DNA of 64,000 nucleotides. It comes from an uncultured Bdellovibrionales bacterium (GTDB lineage Bacteria; Patescibacteriota; Minisyncoccia; Moranbacterales; UBA1568). This document shows, piece by piece, positions 20,302-27,956 of the stretch. Where the stretch lies: contig CAZABS010000001.1 in assembly GCA_964483635.1 (NCBI GenBank), positions 16,692-80,691 of the forward strand, in the 5' to 3' direction. Under the pieces are notes generated by a model. It did not search any database and was not told the DNA's origin. It saw only the letters and a list, made by a program, of their open reading frames with translations. Each line of letters begins with the position of its first letter. Position 1 is the stretch's first letter. The position numbers were made by a program, and so were the translations under genes.

Positions 20302-21168
20302 CTACGGCAAATCGGGATCAAAACCAACACAGTTTTGTTTGCTTTCTGACGGAGGCAGGCCGGCAGGGTCGCCAATCACCTGGCCAGCGAACAGATCGTC
20401 GAAGCGCTGGGATGCGTCAATGCGATTGGATGTGTTGAAGAAGATTGATTCCATCCAGTCATCTACCCCTATCCACCGCGGACCACTGACAACGTAGCGC
20501 AAACACCGGCGGGCCATTGCGGTCAAACGCCTCGCGGACACAACAGCGGGATCAGTGACTGCCGTAGCGCCGTCAACCATAAGAATGCTCTGGTCCGCCT
20601 TGCTTGATTGCATGAGGGCGGACCTGAGCTTGGGAGTATCCGGGTAAGTAAGAGCGATCAGTCTCTCCACATCGTCCCGCACCCCGTTCCCGTTCGAGTC
20701 AATCCCTGCGACCGTTGCTTTACCTGCCTCACCTGGATCAGGCGGGAGTCCGACCGCTGCCTCGGGAATGTCGGCGCTAACAGCGATTGCCGGTGTGAGC
20801 GACACCCGCGAAGGATTCGCAAATTTGAGCACGATCGGCGTGACGATCTGTCCGGCGATGATCGTATTGCCCGGTACTGACACATTGACGTAGGGCTTGC
20901 CTTGACTGGTCGTTCCCGCAGCGTTGGCCAGGGTCACTCCATTGGGGAGCCCGCTCACCGCAAGCTGCACCGGTGCGTTCACGGTGAGGGGTGAGGTGTT
21001 CTTGAGCGTGACCGTCGTATCGTAGGTATTGGTCGTCCGATTGAGGACGAAACCAGTCTTGGTGATCGCGAAGAGATTGGTCGCATCGGAGACGACGGCT
21101 AAGGCTGGTGAGCCGATCGCCAACCCGGCCAACGCTAGTACCAAGGTGAGGAAGCGACGAGAGGTCAT
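20302..21168 (-). CDS. Secreted hypothetical protein (signal peptide)
   Basis: MTSRRFLTLVLALAGLAIGSPALA signal peptide. Probably co-transcribed with the flanking surface-protein genes. Confidence 0.5.
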   Translation of the reverse strand: MTSRRFLTLVLALAGLAIGSPALAVVSDATNLFAITKTGFVLNRTTNTYDTTVTLKNTSPLTVNAPVQLAVSGLPNGVTLANAAGTTSQGKPYVNVSVPGNTIIAGQIVTPIVLKFANPSRVSLTPAIAVSADIPEAAVGLPPDPGEAGKATVAGIDSNGNGVRDDVERLIALTYPDTPKLRSALMQSSKADQSILMVDGATAVTDPAVVSARRLTAMARRCLRYVVSGPRWIGVDDWMESIFFNTSNRIDASQRFDDLFAGQVIGDPAGLPPSESKQNCVGFDPDLP

Positions 21169-21176
21169 AGGCGTTA

Positions 21177-21821
21177 TCAGACAGGGTTAAGCGAGGTGGG
21201 CTTGCGGAACCGCCGGAGCCCAATGAGCACAACGCTCAAGATGAAGAGACTCGTGACAATGAGAATGAGCGTGTTCGGCTCCGGGACAGCGTTTGAGCCT
21301 CCACCCAAGCGGACGGTATCCGAATAGATCGAGAGGGGATCTGTCTCGCCCACGTTGTAGAGGAGAAGCGCATTGGCTCCCGTTGGATCACTGGTTGTTG
21401 GTACCGGCATCCCGCTGCTGTCGAGGAGGAAGAACGAGAAGGCATCAGGAAAGGAGGTCGGATCAGCCGGGCTCCCTGTGGTATCGAAGGTGAAGGAGAG
21501 CGAGCCGCCAAAGGTGAAGCCTTGGAGGTACTCGTTGAAGAACTCACTGTCACCGAGCGTGACGGTCCCGGGGAGCGCCCCGCTCACATCTCCGGTTGGA
21601 GTCGATGTTCCGAGGGTTCCATCACTCGTGAAATCGGAGAGCGTTACCGTATTGGCCGGCGTCCCTCCATCGAGAAAATCGAAAGCCAGGCTCCCCGTCG
21701 TACCCGAAAGTGCCGAGGTGTCGACGGTGACGTGAGTCGGGGCAGCGTACGAAGTGGTTGGCAGAGTAGCGACGAGGAAGGCGATCACACGGATCATCCT
21801 TCCCAAGGTATGGGTATACAT
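21177..21821 (-). CDS. PEP-CTERM sorting-signal protein (putative exosortase substrate)
   Basis: N-terminal signal peptide (MIRVIAFLVATLPTTSYA). The C-terminus VPEPNTLILIVTSLFILSVVLIGLRRFRK is VPEP followed by a TM helix and basic tail, i.e. the PEP-CTERM architecture. Start is at the internal Met; the ORF track extends to 21863. Confidence 0.7.
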   Translation of the reverse strand: MYTHTLGRMIRVIAFLVATLPTTSYAAPTHVTVDTSALSGTTGSLAFDFLDGGTPANTVTLSDFTSDGTLGTSTPTGDVSGALPGTVTLGDSEFFNEYLQGFTFGGSLSFTFDTTGSPADPTSFPDAFSFFLLDSSGMPVPTTSDPTGANALLLYNVGETDPLSIYSDTVRLGGGSNAVPEPNTLILIVTSLFILSVVLIGLRRFRKPTSLNPV

Positions 21822-22162
21822 GATTTCTCCCTCGCGGCCGCCTGAGTGTCTGCGGTGCTTCAATGACTTACCGGTATCCGTCAGCTTTCAAAAGAAAGCA
21901 ACGAATGTACCTAGATAAAATATAGAAAGAAAACAAGAAACTGTCGAGAGAGGACTTAGTGACGTGTCAAGTATCTCGACACTTCTTCTTTGATAGTTGA
22001 GGCTGACAGTGGGAGATTGATGGCGACTGATGCGACGAGGCGCCACAGCGGACAGGGCGTCGACTCTAGGCTTCTCGCTCCTCAGATGAATAGCCGCACT
22101 GTCGGGCACATCGCTTCGCCGTTAGACTCATCGCGGAGTTCACCAAGAACGAGGAGGAGCCC

Positions 22163-23059
22163 ATGCAACATGCCCTGAGTGCGCGCAGTACGTTTCATCC
22201 GATTCGCATCGAGGATACCGGCCACGATCTTTCCGTCATTCGAGAGGCACTCGCCGAGCACTCCTTCGACCGCCTCGTACTGGCCGAAGGCGATTCCTGG
22301 TTCGATCTCTTTACGCCTCTCTTTGCCCGTTATCAACCGAACCTCCTCTCTGCTCTGCGGGTGCCGCGGCCCACGGTACTCGTCGATCTTTCGCGCATCG
22401 GCGACACCGCCAAGGACATGACGTCGGGTTGGCAAGCGCTCCGCACGGCAGAGATACTTGACGAGATTCCCTTTAACGCGTGGCTCGTAAGTGCCGGTGG
22501 GAATGATCTCATTGACGTCTTCGGAGGTCTCTTTGCTAAAGCCGCGCTCAGCAAACGCTCCGGATTCGCCAGGCTGACTTCACAGGAGGAAGGCATTCTC
22601 AAGGCACCCGCCAGCGCTCATGACGTGTACGACGAGATCATCGCGAACATCTTGAAGCTCGTCGCGATGCGCGATGCAAGTAGGAGTAATCAGAAGACAC
22701 CGATGATTCTTCACGGCTACGACTATCTGCAGCCGCGTCCCGCACCGGCGGTCGTTGTCCCTGGTATTGCCGAAGGGCCTTGGATTCACCCCGTCCTCAA
22801 GGCGCATGGTCTCAGTGCGGCTGAGATGCGCCAGATTGCGCATGACGTGATCAACACGTTCAATGATCGCCTCGGTAAGGCGCTTCATGGAAAGCCAAAC
22901 GTGTATTTCCTGGATCAACGCGGCAAGCTTACCCTGGCTGCTCCGGAGACGACTGCCGCGTCCAATGATTGGGCAGATGAAATCCATCCGCTGCCGGGAG
23001 GGTTCGACAAGTTGGCCAAGCTGTTCTGGAATCCGCTCTTGGCACAGTTGCTTGCATGA
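22163..23059 (+). CDS. SGNH/GDSL-family hydrolase
   Basis: Block I LAEGDSWFD, block III SAGGNDL and block V DEIHP (DxxH) match the SGNH catalytic blocks. Confidence 0.55.
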   Translation: MQHALSARSTFHPIRIEDTGHDLSVIREALAEHSFDRLVLAEGDSWFDLFTPLFARYQPNLLSALRVPRPTVLVDLSRIGDTAKDMTSGWQALRTAEILDEIPFNAWLVSAGGNDLIDVFGGLFAKAALSKRSGFARLTSQEEGILKAPASAHDVYDEIIANILKLVAMRDASRSNQKTPMILHGYDYLQPRPAPAVVVPGIAEGPWIHPVLKAHGLSAAEMRQIAHDVINTFNDRLGKALHGKPNVYFLDQRGKLTLAAPETTAASNDWADEIHPLPGGFDKLAKLFWNPLLAQLLA

Positions 23060-23613
23060 GCACGACGGTGTGGCAGTTGAGGAGCACCCAACGCTTGCGA
23101 ACTTCGGTTCAACGGGGAGCTGTGATTCTCACGACGCTCCTCGTCGGCTGTGCGGCGCCGCCCTATCGCTGCGTCGACCGCTCATCGATTCCCGAGGTAC
23201 CGACCGAGATCAGTGTTGGCGACGAAAGAACCTTCTTTGTCGACGCCAAGCTTCCCTGGAATCGGAGCGGTGTACGAGTGAGCGCCGGACAGATGTACCA
23301 GATATCGGTCGGCGCATCGGATCCACCCTGGATGGATTGGTTTATTCCCGCTACACCAGAGTCCGGTTGGTCACCGTGGTGGCAGCCACTCGGCGAGGTT
23401 CTCCGCTCTGCGGCTCGGGTACCAACCGCCAAGATGTCCGCGCTCGTTTGCAGCGCCGGTCAGGAAGATGGGAATGCTCTTCCCGTTGGAGAGATCGACG
23501 GCCGCCCGTTCCCATCAAGTGGCGAGCTCCTCTGCTTTGCCAATGACTGGGCGGGGCACTATGACAATAACCGGGGGTGTGTTCCCGTGACCATGCGCCG
23601 ATTGGAACCGTGA
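23056..23613 (+). CDS. Putative lipoprotein, hypothetical
   Basis: Lipobox-like LLVGC after an N-terminal hydrophobic region. The start overlaps the preceding stop (ATGA). Confidence 0.45.
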   Translation: MSTTVWQLRSTQRLRTSVQRGAVILTTLLVGCAAPPYRCVDRSSIPEVPTEISVGDERTFFVDAKLPWNRSGVRVSAGQMYQISVGASDPPWMDWFIPATPESGWSPWWQPLGEVLRSAARVPTAKMSALVCSAGQEDGNALPVGEIDGRPFPSSGELLCFANDWAGHYDNNRGCVPVTMRRLEP

Positions 23614-23623
23614 AGCGCGAACA

Positions 23624-24688
23624 CTACGGGAGTTCTTCCTTGTGGGTGTACCGAACGTCGGGGGCTCTCCCGAGGTTGATGCTCACCCCGCGTAGATAGG
23701 CGGACTTCGACGAGCGCCGTTCGCCGGCTGCGTCAGTCCATGCGTATTCGATCCGATCGAGTGCTGCATCGGTTGATTGTCCGGTGCTGATCGAAAAGCC
23801 ACATTGTCCTTCAGCACAAAGCTCCAGCTCGTTCCGCTGACCATCCTCTTCGAGATCAATGGCTTCGAGGACGAGACGAAACTGGACGGCCAGCATGTCG
23901 TGATTTTCTGTAATGAAGGGGGAGATCTCAGATTCAACGAGGCGTCCGAGCCGCATAGCATAGCGTGCAGCATCAGTCGCAACCTCCGCTTGAACGGCTG
24001 CATAGGCGGCTTCGGCGATCTGATGACGATCGATGTCTGGCATATCGGCGCGCAGCGCATCAAGGAGCGGTTTGAGATCGGAGTAGATATGGAGGGACAC
24101 CTTCCGCGCGACGCAATCTTGTTCCAGATTGACGGCCAGGCGGGTCTTCTCCTTGTCTCTATAGAACCCGCCGTCTTTCGTTACGAAATGAATGTCATAG
24201 CGGCTCCCGAGATCGAGGACTGCTTCCCAGATGAGGGAGTCCTTGAACTGCTGATTCTTCAGACTGTTCGGCGGAGTCTCGTCGTTGACACGCCCGAGCG
24301 CAGACTGAGCGTGCGCCAGCGTCATCGGCACGCGAACGAAAAGTGGAGCGAGCTCCTTAAGCCGCGTTCCGATGGCTTTCGTGATTCCGTCCTCGAAGGG
24401 TGCCTCGTACGGCCGATGGGCTCCCAGAATGAGACGCAGTTCGCGAAACCGGCGCCGGATTTCGTCAGCCGCTTCAAGCCCGGCTTTGAGGATCTGCTTT
24501 TCGATCTCTCCTTCAACCACTTCCGGCAGGCCAATCCGTCCCTGGTGTCGATGGATGACATGGAGAAGTGCTGGCCCGAGCCCGCCACGGAGAAGCAGGG
24601 TCTCGCGCCAAATATTCGTGTCCAGGACGACGCAGGGTTTTCGATCAATCGATTCCATACGGTATCGCAGCCGCCTTCCGTAGACCAA
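23624..24688 (-). CDS. PIN-like domain protein (N-terminal VVLDTNIW motif), hypothetical defence-associated
   Basis: N-terminus KPCVVLDTNIWRETLL resembles the first acidic strand of PIN/PIN-like (DUF4935-type) domains. The remaining ~300 aa have no recognised motif. An alternative start MESIDRK lies near 24658. Confidence 0.4.
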   Translation of the reverse strand: MVYGRRLRYRMESIDRKPCVVLDTNIWRETLLLRGGLGPALLHVIHRHQGRIGLPEVVEGEIEKQILKAGLEAADEIRRRFRELRLILGAHRPYEAPFEDGITKAIGTRLKELAPLFVRVPMTLAHAQSALGRVNDETPPNSLKNQQFKDSLIWEAVLDLGSRYDIHFVTKDGGFYRDKEKTRLAVNLEQDCVARKVSLHIYSDLKPLLDALRADMPDIDRHQIAEAAYAAVQAEVATDAARYAMRLGRLVESEISPFITENHDMLAVQFRLVLEAIDLEEDGQRNELELCAEGQCGFSISTGQSTDAALDRIEYAWTDAAGERRSSKSAYLRGVSINLGRAPDVRYTHKEELP

Positions 24689-24987
24689 TCGCCATCTCTA
24701 CCCCATTTGTTCCAATCGCGCTAGGCTATGAACGTGGAGATCGAAAAATGCCATCGATACATTGTTGGAAGCGTCTCGACGAAGCGTTAGGTGATCTGGT
24801 CATCCTTGGCGAAGCGCGCTAGCCGTTGGAAGACCCAGTCGATCTCCCAACCTTGCTGTCGCGACCAACGCCCCACAGCATGTCCCGCGATACGGAGCGC
24901 CACTTTGAGAATCAATGTGCGTCACCGTCCTTGAGGGAATCGATAACTCCAAGCCTCTCATCGTCAAAGTGATTTGCGCCAACACCT

Positions 24988-26280
24988 ATGCACGGTAAAG
25001 ATCCTCACCAAGCGCTCAAGACGACCGTCCTCGCGAAAGCCCAATCTGCTCATGCCGATCTGGTACTCGTGAAACAGCAGTGGGGCAGGGAGGACGTTGC
25101 TTTCAGTGTCCACGCGCATCCAAACTCCTTTAGTAGCTCGGGCATTCAACCTACCGATTTTCTCGAAGTGCTCGGCTTCGAGAGGAGTCCCTGTGTTCAC
25201 CTTGGCGAGTGCTTTGTACGATGGGTAGCCGAGGGCTTTGATCTGACTTCATTTGCCCAGAACTTCGATCAGGCGCTCGCCGAACTGCGGGAGGCGGAAC
25301 GTCATCTTGAGCCGTGCGGTATTGTTCTCAGGCAGTCAGAGGGGTGGGGTTTCTACTTCGGGAAGCCTTCCCAAGAAGTGCATCGTTACTACGGCATGTG
25401 TGGGGATGGGCACACGGGATCCAAAGTTACTTCGCTCAAACAAACTGAAGACGAGAGCTTTCTCTTCCGATTCTCCTGGCTCGACACCGGGCACGAGAAG
25501 GGGTGGATCACCCACTATCGTCCGAAGCATCCACCTTTGTCATCGGAGATGCGAGGTGTCTTTTCATTCCTGGGCTTCGCAGAGTTCGACGGGTGCCCAG
25601 AGTTTGAGTTCGAACCATGCTATTGGCGATCGATCGAGAAGCGCGGTGACGGCATCATGTTTGATCCCGCCACGGATTATGCCCACCGCTCCTTCGATGC
25701 CCACGCGCAGGAGTTTTCACAGGGCGTGGAGAAGCTTTTGGCAGCCAGTACGACGGTCAAAGCGTCTGGTCTCTCTTTCCTGGGAGCGTCATCGACGTTC
25801 GTCGCGATCGAACCGACCGCCGTGAGCGTGGTTTCATCGAGCGTACGGGATGCCCGCGTCGATTCCGATTTCGATGTGGCCATCTCCTTTGCCGGAACAG
25901 AGCGAAAGTATGCCGAGGCACTTGCCAAGTTTGTGCGAGACGCTGGTTTCGAGGTCTTCTACGATAACTTCTACCCGGAGCAGCTCTGGGGCAAGAACTT
26001 GATTGACTTGTTCGACCAAATCTACCGAAAGCAATCCCGCTACTGCGTCATCTTCGTCTCAAACGAATACAACGACCGGATCTGGACCAACCACGAGCGT
26101 AAGAGCGCCCAGGCGCGAGCCATCAAGGAGAAGGGGGACGAATACATCCTTCCGATCAAAGTAGACGAAGCGGAGCTTACAGGCATGCCTCCGACTGTCG
26201 GATATCTGCCGATCGCTCTTGGCATCAAGAAGATTGCGGAACTGCTCGTGAAGAAACTGAGTACAACGTCGAGGCGATAG
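24988..26280 (+). CDS. Unknown N-terminal domain fused to a C-terminal TIR-like domain
   Basis: C-terminal ~140 aa: DVAISFAGTERKYAEALAKFVRDAGFEVFYDNF...SRYCVIFVSNEYNDRIWTNHE...YILPIKVDEAEL follows the TIR/TIR_2 pattern (DVFISY(A/S)GEDR ... F.D ... vviSpnYl.S.WC..El). The ~290-aa N-terminal region is unrecognised. Confidence 0.55.
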   Translation: MHGKDPHQALKTTVLAKAQSAHADLVLVKQQWGREDVAFSVHAHPNSFSSSGIQPTDFLEVLGFERSPCVHLGECFVRWVAEGFDLTSFAQNFDQALAELREAERHLEPCGIVLRQSEGWGFYFGKPSQEVHRYYGMCGDGHTGSKVTSLKQTEDESFLFRFSWLDTGHEKGWITHYRPKHPPLSSEMRGVFSFLGFAEFDGCPEFEFEPCYWRSIEKRGDGIMFDPATDYAHRSFDAHAQEFSQGVEKLLAASTTVKASGLSFLGASSTFVAIEPTAVSVVSSSVRDARVDSDFDVAISFAGTERKYAEALAKFVRDAGFEVFYDNFYPEQLWGKNLIDLFDQIYRKQSRYCVIFVSNEYNDRIWTNHERKSAQARAIKEKGDEYILPIKVDEAELTGMPPTVGYLPIALGIKKIAELLVKKLSTTSRR

Positions 26281-26382
26281 GCGCTTTTCCTTTGGCGGCG
26301 ACAATATACCGGTGGACGTGTGTTGCAGGGTAGTCGCTGCTCGGCCGTTGTGGCACCGCGAGCTGCGTATGGTCGTGCGCAA

Positions 26383-27075
26383 TCAACTCTCTCCACCCCC
26401 AACCGCCTGTTCTCGTCTTTGGCGCAGCATTTCAGCCTCGCGCGCGCGATCCTCTGCGTTGAACACGTCGACGCTGAGTCTCCGAAAACCCGTACTGAAC
26501 GAATGAACGTCCACCTGCAACTTCTCCAGGCTCTGTGCGATCGCGTACAAATGCGGTTTACCGAGCTGATAGTCTCGCTTCTGCTCGGTCATATCAACGG
26601 TTGCCGGGTGCCGGTATACCTCCCCGGACGCGCTGCGGTAGCTCAGGTCGATCGAAAGTACCGCATCGAGCTTCCCCTCGCCGTCCTTTGCCATGTCGGT
26701 GTAGAGCGAGAAGCGCTCCTCACCCGGACCGAGATATCCGAGTCCGGTCGTGAAGAACGATGAAGCTGTGAAATCCTTGAGGAGCGATTCCGCCGGAGCG
26801 CCACCCTTCACGACCTGAGGGGTGAATGCTACATCGAAGGCTGGACCGAGGCCGATATTGCGAATCCGGAGGCGAACAATATTTATCGCTATGTCCAGCG
26901 ACTGAGCCGTAATTTCCACACGCGGTTCTGTCTGTACCCTCCGCAGCTCTCTCGTTTCGGACACCAGCCGCGCCGTGAGCGCAGCATAGATGATGGTTGC
27001 AAGCGTAACGGCGCCAGTGAAGACGACGTTGAGGCTGCCGGAGTTCGTATTGAGAAACGTCAAGAGATCACTCAT
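26383..27075 (-). CDS. Single-pass membrane protein, hypothetical
   Basis: N-terminal TM helix VVFTGAVTLATIIYAALTARLV. Convergent with the TIR gene, and the last gene before the GC drop. Confidence 0.4.
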   Translation of the reverse strand: MSDLLTFLNTNSGSLNVVFTGAVTLATIIYAALTARLVSETRELRRVQTEPRVEITAQSLDIAINIVRLRIRNIGLGPAFDVAFTPQVVKGGAPAESLLKDFTASSFFTTGLGYLGPGEERFSLYTDMAKDGEGKLDAVLSIDLSYRSASGEVYRHPATVDMTEQKRDYQLGKPHLYAIAQSLEKLQVDVHSFSTGFRRLSVDVFNAEDRAREAEMLRQRREQAVGGGES

Positions 27076-27506
27076 TTGTCAGTCCTCAAGTTGTGCCAAG
27101 TCTGTGGACGCATGCGATGTCTCCACCGAGTACTGTGCGCACTTGGGACCTCTTCGCGTCATGCACGCAGCCCGTGAACACGCGAGCATGAATGCATGGA
27201 TATTAGCCAAGACAAGGTGGAACGATTTCGCGAGCGCTTGAAGCACGAGTTCGGCGAGGAGCTATCGTTCGAGGAGGCGAGCAAGCGCTACATGAAGTTC
27301 CTTCATCTCTTCTGGATACTTTCTTACCGGCCACCGAAGTCGGGGGATGCTCCCTCCGAGCCTCCTCCTCCACCATGGCTTTGACGGCTCGCACCTTATC
27401 CAGTAACTTGAGAAGAGCAGGATCCTGACGCTCATACCTGGTTCGAACATCGTTGAGGAATGCCGACACGAACAAGAATAGATTGGGAACGCGTTTTGAT
27501 TCCATC

Positions 27507-27818
27507 ATGAAATTTCAACTCGAAAAAATACAAGAATCACCCGCTAGTCTCTTGAGACGTGCTGGCTACGTATTTCAGCATGACCGAGATGGAGAAATGA
27601 GTTTTGTGCGAGTACTCGCTCGAGCTGGATATCCACGATTTCATATCTACCTCCACCTCAAGGGAACAACGCTCATGGGAAGTATCCATCTCGACCAAAA
27701 AAAGGAAACCTATGGGAGGGATACTCGACATCATGGTGAATATGCTGACGAGGGCGCACTCAAAGATGAAATCACTCGTATTCAAGAGATCGTTCCCACT
27801 ATTCGTTTCTTTGCATAA
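27507..27818 (+). CDS. Hypothetical protein (low-GC side), ends 4 bp before tRNA-Leu
   Basis: ORF starting MKFQLEKIQESPASLLRRAGYVFQHDRDGEMSF. No motif. Confidence 0.3.
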   Translation: MKFQLEKIQESPASLLRRAGYVFQHDRDGEMSFVRVLARAGYPRFHIYLHLKGTTLMGSIHLDQKKETYGRDTRHHGEYADEGALKDEITRIQEIVPTIRFFA

Positions 27819-27822
27819 TCAG

Positions 27823-27906
27823 GCTGTGGTGGCGGAATTGGTATACGCGCTAGCCTTAGGAGCTAGTACCCGCAAGGGTTTGAGAGTTCGAGTCTCTCCC
27901 ACAGCA
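27823..27906 (+). tRNA. tRNA-Leu (anticodon UAG), class II with a long variable arm
   Basis: Acceptor GCTGTGG/CCACAGC. D-arm GCGGAATTGGTATACGCGC is nearly identical to the E. coli tRNA-Leu D-arm. Anticodon stem CTAGC/GCTAG with loop CTTAGGA gives anticodon TAG. Variable arm ACCCGCAAGGGTT. T-arm GAGAGTTCGAGTCTCTC. Discriminator A; CCA is not encoded. Confidence 0.9.
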
Positions 27907-27956
27907 CACGAAAGCACCCTGATACTCCGAATAGCAAGGAGAGAGCAGGCAAGAAT

